Source: a phage. From it: a stretch of DNA of 64,000 nucleotides. Position 1 is the stretch's first letter, and each line of letters begins with the position of its first letter. Below, piece by piece: positions 9,653-18,450 of this stretch. The DNA lies in the sequence record PZ534515.1; one strand, given 5' to 3'. A program made the translations under genes and the position numbers. Under the pieces are notes generated by a model. That model saw nothing but the letters and a program-made list of their open reading frames with translations, was not told where the DNA came from and ran no database searches.

Positions 9653-11797
9653 ATGAACAAAGTACAAATTATTAAAAAGAATGGCTCACTTGAAGAACCG
9701 GATATCAAAAAAGTTTTAGCAGCAGTCACAAAGTCGGCTAACAGGGTTGGGTATAAAGAACTTCCACCAGATGTTACCCAAGCTCTTGAGTCAGCATTTA
9801 TGAGGATTCTGGTAAAGTCCACTAAGCAGAATAATTTGCTCATCTCAGTAAACGATATTCACAGTATTGTTGAGGGTGCTTTGGCAGAAGTAAATCACGA
9901 GATTTATGAGTCTTACTCAACATATAGAAATTACCGTAAAGAGGTTGCTCAAAATTGGGATGAGCTTTACCAGAAGACTAAAGACACGCTCTTCTTAGGT
10001 GACCGTGAAAATGCTAACTTTGACAGCAGTTTAATTTCTACAAAAGGTTCAATTATTCGTGGTTACCTGACTAAAGAAATCTTTAAACAGTACCATCTAA
10101 CACCAGAGGAACTTGAAGCCATTGAAAAAGGGTTTATCTATATCCATGATTTAAGAGACCTGATTTTTGGTGGTATCAACTGTTGCCTGTTCGACATTGG
10201 TAAAGTACTGAAAGGTGGCTTTGAAATGTCTGGCATCGAATACTGTGAACCAAAGTCTGTGCTGTCAGCCTTACAGGTTATCGGTGATGTAGTTCTTTCA
10301 GCAACTGCACAGCAATTTGGTGGTTTTACTTTAGCAGAGATTGATAAGGTGCTTGTACCATATGCTAAGAAGTCTCTACGCTATCATGCTGAGAAAGCAG
10401 CATCTTACGGTATTCCTAAAGAACATTACCATAACTATGTCATGGAGCAGCTACAGATTGAATTAACTCAAGGCTTCCAGTCACTAGAGATGAAGCTAAA
10501 TACTGTACCTTGTAGCCGTGGTGATTTCGCATTCACAACTTTAACATTTGGTTTACTTGACTCAGATATGTCTAATGAAGACAACCGACTACAATACATG
10601 ATTGCAAACACTATTCTTGATGTTCGCATGAATGGACAAGGTAAGAGCAAGAAGCCTGTTGTATTCCCTAAACTGGTTTATATTCATGACCAGAAGAGAC
10701 ACGATGAGAATATCTGTCAAGGTCAACTGTACAGTAAAGCTATTGAGTGTTGCTCTAAAGCAATGTATCCAGATTTCTTAAGCGTCTCTGGTCATGGTGC
10801 TGTAGCAGAAGCTTTTGAGCGTTCTGGCAAGGTAATTTCACCGATGGGTTGCAGAGCCTTCTTATCTCCATATCTTAATGAGGATGGGGAAGAGTTCTAT
10901 GTTGGTCGTGCTAACATTGGTGCTGTATCTTTGAACTTACCAATGATTTACCAGTATTCTAAAGAGAATGGTTTAGATTTCTGGAAAGAGCTTGATAAGT
11001 ACCTAGAGATGATTCGCAGCTTCCACAAGAAACGCTACGAAATGATTGCTAACATGCCAGCAAGTTCTAACCCTCTGGCATTCACACAAGGTGGTCTGTA
11101 CAAAGGGACTAAGAAACCTACTGACAAGGTTGGTTGGGATATCGTGAAGTCCTTCACAGCTTCTTTTGGGGTTACTGCTCTGGATGAGTTGTCTGTTCTT
11201 GCTGAGGGTAAACGACTTCATGAAGTTGGAAGCTATAGCTTTGCATACGATGTTCTGGCATACATTAACATGAAAACTGAAGAGTTTAAGAATGAAGATG
11301 GTTTCTTGTATGCGGTATATGGCACTCCAGCAGAATCACTTTGTGGAACTCAGCTAAAACAGTTCAGAGATATGTTTGGCGTTATCAAAGGTGTTTCTGA
11401 CAAGGAATACTTTACAAACAGTTTCCATATGAATGTTGCAGCAGACATCTCACCATTTGAGAAGCAGGACTTAGAAGAGCCATTCTTCCATATCTGTAGA
11501 GGTGGTAGAATCCAGTATGTAAGGGTGGCTAACCCAGAAAACTTACCAGCACTTAAAAGTTGTATTACAAGAGGTATGTTGAAAGGTTTTTATCAAGGAC
11601 TTAACTTTGACTTAGCAATCTGTGAGCATTGTGGTAACAGACCAAAGGCTGATGTTGAAGAATGTGAGGTTTGCCATTCACATGATATCTCTGTGATTAA
11701 CAGGGTGTGTGGGTATCTTGGATGGACTAAGATTAAAGGCGAATCCCGAATGAACGATGCAAAAATCGCTGAGATTCGTGATAGAATTTCTATGTAA
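9653..11797 (+). CDS. nrdD: anaerobic ribonucleoside-triphosphate reductase (class III)
   Basis: 714 aa. C-terminal glycyl-radical motif NRVCGYLGW and a preceding C-x-x-C pair. Confidence 0.9.
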   Translation: MNKVQIIKKNGSLEEPDIKKVLAAVTKSANRVGYKELPPDVTQALESAFMRILVKSTKQNNLLISVNDIHSIVEGALAEVNHEIYESYSTYRNYRKEVAQNWDELYQKTKDTLFLGDRENANFDSSLISTKGSIIRGYLTKEIFKQYHLTPEELEAIEKGFIYIHDLRDLIFGGINCCLFDIGKVLKGGFEMSGIEYCEPKSVLSALQVIGDVVLSATAQQFGGFTLAEIDKVLVPYAKKSLRYHAEKAASYGIPKEHYHNYVMEQLQIELTQGFQSLEMKLNTVPCSRGDFAFTTLTFGLLDSDMSNEDNRLQYMIANTILDVRMNGQGKSKKPVVFPKLVYIHDQKRHDENICQGQLYSKAIECCSKAMYPDFLSVSGHGAVAEAFERSGKVISPMGCRAFLSPYLNEDGEEFYVGRANIGAVSLNLPMIYQYSKENGLDFWKELDKYLEMIRSFHKKRYEMIANMPASSNPLAFTQGGLYKGTKKPTDKVGWDIVKSFTASFGVTALDELSVLAEGKRLHEVGSYSFAYDVLAYINMKTEEFKNEDGFLYAVYGTPAESLCGTQLKQFRDMFGVIKGVSDKEYFTNSFHMNVAADISPFEKQDLEEPFFHICRGGRIQYVRVANPENLPALKSCITRGMLKGFYQGLNFDLAICEHCGNRPKADVEECEVCHSHDISVINRVCGYLGWTKIKGESRMNDAKIAEIRDRISM

Positions 11798-11807
11798 AAC
11801 TTGACAA

Positions 11808-11850
11808 GGTGATGTGGGTCTTGATAGGCTTACATCACCTTTTTTATTGG
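11808..11850 (+). terminator. rho-independent terminator
   Basis: ggtgatgt ... acatcacc hairpin followed by TTTTTTATT. Confidence 0.55.
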
Positions 11851-11951
11851 ATGTTAGACATGGCAGAGAGTATTATTGGGTTGTTCATAGGTTCTGTCTT
11901 ACTAGGGTTCTTTTTAGGACTTTCTTATTGTGAATTAAGAGGCAAGTTAAA

Positions 11952-12152
11952 ATGCTTAAAATATCAAAAGCACTGACACCCATATTCCACATACTAGTCT
12001 TCTTCTTTGGGGTTAGTGTCATGGTATGGGGTTTTTCAGACCCACAATGGAGTTTCTCATATCACGGTCAGATGGATTTATGGTCATGCTTCAAACCGTT
12101 TTTGGGGTTAGCTATAGCATTCAGTGCATTACCAACTAAGGTGAAATTATGA
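11952..12152 (+). CDS. small membrane protein
   Basis: AAGAGG upstream; two hydrophobic segments. Confidence 0.4.
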   Translation: MLKISKALTPIFHILVFFFGVSVMVWGFSDPQWSFSYHGQMDLWSCFKPFLGLAIAFSALPTKVKL

Positions 12153-12544
12153 TTAAGTTGAATCAAAAACAGTTAGAGTGGATTAAAGATTACGCCTCAG
12201 AGTGTGGCTCTTGCGAAAAGAATCACGTAAGATACTCAACATTCCACACGGTCTTCACATTGTACATAGGCGACAACGTTCTAAGTGATTCCGTAGAAGA
12301 TGGTGTAGCATTGCCTAATGAGTTACTTGATAAACTAGCTGTAGTCACTGGAACTTGGTCTGAAGAAGATGGTCATGAATTATCTGACAATGTTGTCTTC
12401 TACACCATTGAAAACATTATGAACCCAGAGTATATTGCACTCATGACTTGTGCACAAGACTGCGTGCTCTTACAAGACTTCATTAAAGAGCACTGTGAAG
12501 AGTTTATTACTAAACAGGTTCCTTGTCAGGTAGTGTTTGAATGA
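12149..12544 (+). CDS. hypothetical protein
   Basis: ATG overlaps the preceding stop; Cys-rich N-terminus. Confidence 0.45.
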   Translation: MIKLNQKQLEWIKDYASECGSCEKNHVRYSTFHTVFTLYIGDNVLSDSVEDGVALPNELLDKLAVVTGTWSEEDGHELSDNVVFYTIENIMNPEYIALMTCAQDCVLLQDFIKEHCEEFITKQVPCQVVFE

Positions 12545-12593
12545 GTAAAACAATTCGAAGAAAAGGTTTGAATAATATTGGTGAGGTAACTAG

Positions 12594-13079
12594 ATGAATT
12601 ACATGGAGATTCGACCATTTGACACAGCTAATGGTGAAGGGGTTCGTGTAAGCCTCTTCGTAGCTGGTTGTAAGCATCACTGTGAAGGCTGCTTTAACAG
12701 GGAGTCTTGGAAGTTTAATGCTGGTAAAGAGTTTACTTATGCAAACCTCTACGGCATCATTAAGTTAATGGATGATAAGGCCATCAGTGGGTTGTCAATA
12801 CTTGGTGGAGAGCCTCTTGATGATAGGAACATTCAAGAGGTCACCAACATATGTAAACGTATTAAAACTGTTTATCCAGAAAAGTCTATATGGCTTTGGA
12901 CAGGTTTTCAGTTACACGAAAAAATTCATCTAGATGTGATGAAATATGTTGACGTGGTGATTGATGGTAAGTATGATTCTTCTAAACCAACAGTTAAACC
13001 ATATCGTGGTTCTGATAACCAAAACCTCTGGAGAAAAGAGTATGGGTGGCAAGGCGATTGTCAATGGCGAGCAGAGTAA
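12594..13079 (+). CDS. nrdG: anaerobic RNR activating protein (radical SAM)
   Basis: CKHHCEGC cluster near the N-terminus; about 160 aa; paired with nrdD. Confidence 0.8.
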   Translation: MNYMEIRPFDTANGEGVRVSLFVAGCKHHCEGCFNRESWKFNAGKEFTYANLYGIIKLMDDKAISGLSILGGEPLDDRNIQEVTNICKRIKTVYPEKSIWLWTGFQLHEKIHLDVMKYVDVVIDGKYDSSKPTVKPYRGSDNQNLWRKEYGWQGDCQWRAE

Positions 13080-13116
13080 ATCTCGTCGTAAAATTGGCTA
13101 CGGGAAAGGTGAGATA

Positions 13117-13407
13117 ATGATTATCTCTTTTAATAGTGCTTTATTAGGCACTTATAAGGTCAAGACCGAACTCCTTGATGAGTGGAAAAAGTATACAAAC
13201 TCACTGTTTGGTAATGTTGGAATGGAAGCCTTAGCAGAGATTGAGAAGGTGGGAACATTCGAAGTTATTGGTAAAGGCCACTTTACAATGTTCTACAAAA
13301 CAAATTTAACGTTGGTGACAGTATTGTTGGTGTCACTGAAGAAGAACTTAAAACATTTTGTGAAAAGATTGAGAGAGATACGAAATGGGAATCTGGAACA
13401 GTTTTAA
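13117..13407 (+). CDS. hypothetical protein
   Basis: In-frame ATG after the nrdG stop with AAAGGTGAG upstream. The track ORF start at 12961 overlaps nrdG. Confidence 0.35.
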   Translation: MIISFNSALLGTYKVKTELLDEWKKYTNSLFGNVGMEALAEIEKVGTFEVIGKGHFTMFYKTNLTLVTVLLVSLKKNLKHFVKRLREIRNGNLEQF

Positions 13408-13642
13408 ATCAAAAGTAAAAGCAGCACTGGCATCACTAGGTATGCTCACTGGTGTTGACGTTACTCATCTCATGCAGAACTTCAAGATGGATGAGAAACT
13501 AGCTAATGAGATTATGAAAAGTATCTATGTAGGTCGTGGTAAAGGTGGTAAAAAACAAGCACATCGACCAACTGGTGCAGCAGCTATTAAACGTGCAGCT
13601 AAGAAAGCTCGTAACCGTAAACGTAACAAGAAGGCTAAATAA
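13385..13642 (+). CDS. hypothetical protein with basic C-terminus
   Basis: ATG start; C-terminal KKARNRKRNKKAK. Confidence 0.4.
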   Translation: MGIWNSFKSKVKAALASLGMLTGVDVTHLMQNFKMDEKLANEIMKSIYVGRGKGGKKQAHRPTGAAAIKRAAKKARNRKRNKKAK

Positions 13643-13644
13643 TC

Positions 13645-13965
13645 ATGAGCAAAGTTTATAACACTCGTAAATTACAGATTTTCGTACTGTGCCAATTTAT
13701 GGCTAAAGAGTATAACTACTACTACTGCGGTACAGGGTTCATTAGCGATGATGACGGCTCATATCTACCATTCAAAGAGGCTGTAAAACTCTTCAATGAA
13801 GAGGAAAGCTCTAAGAAAGATATTGAAAAGGTTAAGCTAACCTACAGCAAGAAAGATAAGAAGATTATCTGCCTAGATAACTTTGTAAAAGTTACTGGAG
13901 AAGCAAAAGAGTTTATGGATGAGAGTGAAATCTCGTTCACAAGTATCTTGAAAGTAGCTCAGTAA
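13645..13965 (+). CDS. hypothetical protein
   Basis: ATG start; followed by a hairpin and T-run. Confidence 0.45.
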   Translation: MSKVYNTRKLQIFVLCQFMAKEYNYYYCGTGFISDDDGSYLPFKEAVKLFNEEESSKKDIEKVKLTYSKKDKKIICLDNFVKVTGEAKEFMDESEISFTSILKVAQ

Positions 13966-14016
13966 ACAGATACTATAAGGGGACTGTAAAGGTTCCCTTT
14001 TTATTTTGGAGATAAA

Positions 14017-14532
14017 ATGTATCTGTCAAATCTAAAACGTTCGGCTGCAATGTCAGTTCTAAGACTAAGCTTTGAAGAACGTCAAGAGTTCATTGACTCC
14101 CACCAATACGACCCTTCTAACTCAAATCACATGGTTCTCTGGAATCGTGATAGTACTCGTGAAAGAGCACTATTCCGCTATTATCCACATTACACCATAG
14201 ACAACCTGTATGAATGTTTTGTTGTTAAGAACACCATTGCAGTGCTCAATAAGCTTTGTAGATACACAGGCAACCAGTCCTTCACATTAGGTCACCACAA
14301 ACCTGTTACAAAAGGTGGCGAGCATCATTGTGCAAACTGGTTTATCCAAACTAAATCTGATAATCAGAAGCAGGGAGATAGCCTTCTAAGCATCCCTAAG
14401 ATGACCTATGAAGAGCAAGAGAAATATATCAAAAATAATATGCCAGATGTGCTTGACAACAACTATACAGATTTGGCAATATCTCTCCTGTTGAAGTTTG
14501 AGACAGTTTATAGGGCAACTTACAATGGCTAA
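14017..14532 (+). CDS. HNH endonuclease (homing-endonuclease-like)
   Basis: LGHHKPVTKGGEHHCANWFIQTKSDNQKQ fits the HNH motif (HH ... N ... N). Confidence 0.5.
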   Translation: MYLSNLKRSAAMSVLRLSFEERQEFIDSHQYDPSNSNHMVLWNRDSTRERALFRYYPHYTIDNLYECFVVKNTIAVLNKLCRYTGNQSFTLGHHKPVTKGGEHHCANWFIQTKSDNQKQGDSLLSIPKMTYEEQEKYIKNNMPDVLDNNYTDLAISLLLKFETVYRATYNG

Positions 14533-14803
14533 AGAGAAGTGGGAGATTTTACCACTAGTCAGTGAGGGTGGCAATGGTTGTGAAATGTACATGATACGAG
14601 GTCATGTTCCAGAACCAATTGCACTTGAGATGGTAAACAATTTTACAGATGGCTCTTACAAAGACTTAGGAGAACCAACTGTCAAGCAACAATGGGTTAA
14701 ACCTGTACCAGACAGCACAGGCAACTGTAGTGTACTTTATCACGTTGTAGACCCTGCAAAATGCAAATCTGCAATGGCAGTAACAAACGTAACTTTTGAT
14801 TAA
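14525..14803 (+). CDS. hypothetical protein
   Basis: In-frame ATG; the track start is an alternative codon. Confidence 0.35.
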   Translation: MAKEKWEILPLVSEGGNGCEMYMIRGHVPEPIALEMVNNFTDGSYKDLGEPTVKQQWVKPVPDSTGNCSVLYHVVDPAKCKSAMAVTNVTFD

Positions 14804-14816
14804 GAGAGAGAGAGCT

Positions 14817-15698
14817 ATGAAAACTATTATTGAAGCCGTTGTCACCGCACAAGAGAAATTCTTCCACACAGAAAAATTTAATATCATCCAATTCCCATCT
14901 GGAGAAATTGGTGGAAACTTCTCTGAAGACTTTGTTAAGTTTACTGAGCGTAATGCTGGTAAGATTGACAATGTTATATTGACTGTACAGGGATATGATA
15001 AAGATACACTGTTTGCATTAGCTTTGGCTAAGGATGCCGTTGACAGTCTTGTTCCATACAAATCAGCGATGAAAACCGTTGTTTTCGGGTTCTTACCGAA
15101 TGCTCGATATGACCGCCATATATTCAAAGGTGATTCAGCAGCACTGAAAGCCTTTGCCAACCTCGTTAATGCAATGGGTTTTGATGCAGTATGTGCTCTT
15201 GACCCTCACAGTAATGTTGCAGAAAACTTATTTAAGTGTTTTCAGAGCATGAAGCAAAAAGATGTAGCAGCACACTTTGCAAGTGACCCACGCATTGATT
15301 TCTTGGTAGCCCCAGATGCAGGTGCAGCTAAGAAGACTGAAGAGACTGCTAAAGAGGTGGATAAACCATATATCACAATGTCTAAAGTACGCAACCTTAA
15401 GACTGGTGAAATTACTGGTATGCGAATCCTTGATGCTGTTGATTTGACCGATAAAACTGTCATGATTCTTGATGATATTTGTGATGGAGGCCGAACCTTC
15501 ATAGAAGCAGCTAAACATCTTCGTGAAGCAGGTGCAAAACGTGTGGAACTCTATGTAACTCATGGTATTTTCTCTAAAGGTGTTGAAAACTTACTTGACA
15601 ATGGTATTGACCATATCTACACTACAAACTCTTTAGGGGAAGCTAAAGACCGTGGATTAACACATTATGCCCAAGTTACTGTAGTAACCATTGATTGA
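14817..15698 (+). CDS. ribose-phosphate pyrophosphokinase family protein (PRPP synthetase-like; candidate ADP-ribose pyrophosphokinase)
   Basis: PRPP-binding-type motif VMILDDICDGGRTF. ATG preceded by GAGAGAGAG. About 293 aa. Confidence 0.75.
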   Translation: MKTIIEAVVTAQEKFFHTEKFNIIQFPSGEIGGNFSEDFVKFTERNAGKIDNVILTVQGYDKDTLFALALAKDAVDSLVPYKSAMKTVVFGFLPNARYDRHIFKGDSAALKAFANLVNAMGFDAVCALDPHSNVAENLFKCFQSMKQKDVAAHFASDPRIDFLVAPDAGAAKKTEETAKEVDKPYITMSKVRNLKTGEITGMRILDAVDLTDKTVMILDDICDGGRTFIEAAKHLREAGAKRVELYVTHGIFSKGVENLLDNGIDHIYTTNSLGEAKDRGLTHYAQVTVVTID

Positions 15699-15705
15699 AA
15701 CTTTA

Positions 15706-15728
15706 TAGGGGCTTCAAAGCCCCATTTT
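15706..15728 (+). terminator. stem-loop / weak terminator
   Basis: ggggcttcaaagcccc hairpin followed by ATTTTG. Confidence 0.45.
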
Positions 15729-15743
15729 GAGAGAGATTAAAAG

Positions 15744-17525
15744 ATGACTAAATCACTTTATGCAGTACCAGCAGGTTTAAATGCAGATGCTTACAAATCT
15801 GGTCATGTTTACCAGTACCCTAGTGCAACAGATTACTTGATGTTTAACCTGACACCACGTAGTGATAAATGGTTTAACAGCCCTTTAGCAATTGATGGTG
15901 TAGTAGCTTTTGGTATTCAACGTTTTGTTAAAGATTACTTGATAGACCACTGGAATACCACCTTCTTTGAACGTGACAAAAAAGAAGCAATTGATGAAAT
16001 CTTAGAAGTCATGAACGGTGTTCTGGGTAAAGATGCTATTGGTCGAGAACATTGGGAAGCACTTCACGACTTAGGTTATCTACCAGTTGAAGTATACGCT
16101 GTAGAAGAAGGCACAGTTGTCCCTATGCGTGTTCCAATGATTGTATTCCAGAACACTGTTTCAGGTTTCCATTGGGTAGCAGGATATCTGGAAGATGCTT
16201 TCTCTGCTGAGATTTGGAAGGCTTGTACCATTGCGACTATTGCATTGCACTACAAACGTATCTGTAAGAAGTGGTCTGACCTTACTTGTGACAATGACTT
16301 GCATTTACCTTATCAGTGCCATGACTTTGCTATGCGTGGTATGTCCGGCTTTACCGATGACGCATTTAACGCTGTAGGTCACTTAACCAGCTTTAAAGGG
16401 ACTGATAGCTTCCCTGCTGTATATACAGCTAAACGCATCTATGGACAGTCCTACCCAATCTCTGAGATTGGTGGTTCTGTACCAGCCACTGAACACTCTG
16501 TCATGTGTGCAAACATTGCTTGGGAAGGTGGTAATGAATTGATTGAAGAGGAAAGACGCTTTAGAGGTGAGTTGCAAACCTTCCGTCGTTTCTTAACAGA
16601 AACTTACCCAACTGGTATTGTAAGTATTGTTTCAGATACTTATAATTTCTGGAGAACTGTATCAGTGATACTACCAGAACTCCGTAAAGAGATTATGGAA
16701 CGTGATGGCAAACTGGTAATTCGTCCTGACTCTGGCGACCCTGTACATATTGTCACAGGTTATAAAGCAATCCACTTAGAGTGTGCTAAAAAGGCTTATT
16801 ACGAACACCTAAGCAAGCTGGAAGCCAGCGACACAATGTTGAATGCTGTTCTGAACATGAAGCTTGAAAACATCAACTACGGCATTGCTGGGTGGCTACT
16901 GTCAGAAGGTTACGAAATGGTTGTTGACAGAGAAGACTTTGAAGTTGCCGATACAGTGATGTTGAAAAATGCTTATATGGTTGGTTCTGCAAACGTTGTA
17001 ACACGTCCTGTAGCAGAGATTGATGGAGCTATCAAGACACTGTATAACATCTTTGGGGGAACTATCAACTCTAAAGGTTTTAAAGTACTGGATGAGCACA
17101 TCGGACTTATTTATGGTGACTCTATCACGTTGGAACGTGCAAACGAAATCTTGAAGCGTTTGTATGAAATGGGTTTTGCAAGCTCTAACGTGGTGTTTGG
17201 TGTAGGTTCTTACACTTACCAGTACATGACTCGTGACACTTTTGCATTTGCTGTCAAAGCAACTCTTGCAAGCATTGGTGGTAAAGAGATTATGCTTGCA
17301 AAAGACCCTAAAACAGATAGTGGTGTTAAGAAGTCTGCTTTTGGTGGTGTAGCACCTATGTGGGATGGTGATAAGCTGAAAGCTGTAGATGGCTATGGAT
17401 TCCAGAGCTTTGCAGATGTGCTTGAACATCCAGCTTGTGCTTTACGTTTAGTCTTTAGTGACTCTGAGCAGTTCGGTTACACATCTCTTGGTGATATTCG
17501 AAATAATATTGACAAGCAACTTTAA
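15744..17525 (+). CDS. nicotinamide phosphoribosyltransferase family protein (NAMPT-like; candidate Namat)
   Basis: 593 aa. Family assignment is by recalled family resemblance and adjacency to the Prs-like gene; an HMM search is needed. Confidence 0.65.
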   Translation: MTKSLYAVPAGLNADAYKSGHVYQYPSATDYLMFNLTPRSDKWFNSPLAIDGVVAFGIQRFVKDYLIDHWNTTFFERDKKEAIDEILEVMNGVLGKDAIGREHWEALHDLGYLPVEVYAVEEGTVVPMRVPMIVFQNTVSGFHWVAGYLEDAFSAEIWKACTIATIALHYKRICKKWSDLTCDNDLHLPYQCHDFAMRGMSGFTDDAFNAVGHLTSFKGTDSFPAVYTAKRIYGQSYPISEIGGSVPATEHSVMCANIAWEGGNELIEEERRFRGELQTFRRFLTETYPTGIVSIVSDTYNFWRTVSVILPELRKEIMERDGKLVIRPDSGDPVHIVTGYKAIHLECAKKAYYEHLSKLEASDTMLNAVLNMKLENINYGIAGWLLSEGYEMVVDREDFEVADTVMLKNAYMVGSANVVTRPVAEIDGAIKTLYNIFGGTINSKGFKVLDEHIGLIYGDSITLERANEILKRLYEMGFASSNVVFGVGSYTYQYMTRDTFAFAVKATLASIGGKEIMLAKDPKTDSGVKKSAFGGVAPMWDGDKLKAVDGYGFQSFADVLEHPACALRLVFSDSEQFGYTSLGDIRNNIDKQL

Positions 17526-17539
17526 AAGTATATGATAAG

Positions 17540-17565
17540 AGGCTCCTATGGGAGCCTTTTTAATT
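17540..17565 (+). terminator. rho-independent terminator
   Basis: ggctcc-tatg-ggagcc hairpin followed by TTTTTAATTT. Confidence 0.6.
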
Positions 17566-17578
17566 TCTGGAGAATGCT

Positions 17579-17923
17579 ATGGACAACCTTTCCATATGGT
17601 TTAACAAGAAACCTGTACAACCGAAATACTTACAAGTTGCCTATACAGACATCCTTGAAGTTCTCGGTAAAGAAAAGTTTGAAAAGTTTTGTGAAGGCAT
17701 CTACAATCATCACTGCCAATTTGCTACAAAAGAAGGTATGTTTGTCATAGAACAGTTCTTTGGCAGAGACCCAGATGACTACGAAGAGATTAGCTTTGTA
17801 ATGAAATACATGATAGAGTATATTGAAAATCGTGGATTCGAAGTTAATCCTGAATTTTATGAGCACGAGGGTGTACCTTTAGCAAAAGGTTTTGATGGAA
17901 TACTTGTTAGCTGGACTTGGTGA
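17579..17923 (+). CDS. hypothetical protein
   Basis: ATG with GGAG upstream. Confidence 0.45.
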   Translation: MDNLSIWFNKKPVQPKYLQVAYTDILEVLGKEKFEKFCEGIYNHHCQFATKEGMFVIEQFFGRDPDDYEEISFVMKYMIEYIENRGFEVNPEFYEHEGVPLAKGFDGILVSWTW

Positions 17924-17928
17924 AAATT

Positions 17929-18264
17929 ATGAAAATCAAAGAAATGAACATCAATATTGTCTTAGAAGAACGCTGGGAGAACATCAAGAAGCCTGAAAAG
18001 GGTCATAAGTTCCTCAACAAAATCTTAGTAGCAGCTAAAGAAGAACTGACTGGCAAGGTTGCAGCAGCAATTACAATAAAGGTCTGTGTAAAAGGTCTTC
18101 CAGACAATCACCAATTTGCACTTGACGAGTTTAAAGAAAGCTTCTACAATCCAAACAAACAGATGCTTGAAAGTAACTTTGCAGTATCTACAAGTATCGT
18201 CCATGATAGAAGCTTCATCCTTTACAAGAATATGAGAGGTGAGTCATGCAAGCATATTGGATAG
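17929..18264 (+). CDS. hypothetical protein
   Basis: In-frame ATG; the track start at 17917 is a TTG. Confidence 0.45.
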   Translation: MKIKEMNINIVLEERWENIKKPEKGHKFLNKILVAAKEELTGKVAAAITIKVCVKGLPDNHQFALDEFKESFYNPNKQMLESNFAVSTSIVHDRSFILYKNMRGESCKHIG

Positions 18265-18422
18265 AAATTTTACTGTCACTTGGTAGTGTAGCAGTGTTCG
18301 TTTACCTTCTTTGCAAGTACTATGCAGAGCACAAAAAATGTGACTTCTGTAATGGGGAAGGTTATACAAGAACAGGCTGTTGCCCTATATGTGGTGGTTC
18401 TGGTAAAATGTTTAATAAGTAA
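18246..18422 (+). CDS. small membrane protein with C-x-x-C ... C-x-x-C zinc-ribbon motif (58 aa)
   Basis: Hydrophobic N-terminal helix followed by CDFCNGEG ... CCPICGGSG. Below the track size cut-off. Confidence 0.3.
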   Translation: MQAYWIEILLSLGSVAVFVYLLCKYYAEHKKCDFCNGEGYTRTGCCPICGGSGKMFNK

Positions 18423-18450
18423 TTTAACAGCAAACTAAGAGGAAAGTATT

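Noticed and set aside
19-17429. Numerous short antisense or nested track ORFs (for example 19-228(-), 652-903(+), 1812-2183(-), 16902-17429(-))
   Set aside because: They are embedded in or antisense to longer genes with recognisable products and have no independent start signals.
14817-17525. Classical NAD+ salvage (PRPP synthetase + NAMPT + NMNAT)
   Set aside because: No NMN adenylyltransferase or Nudix-like ORF is recognisable near the pair within this window, so the two-gene NARP1-type reading is preferred; an NMNAT outside the window cannot be excluded.
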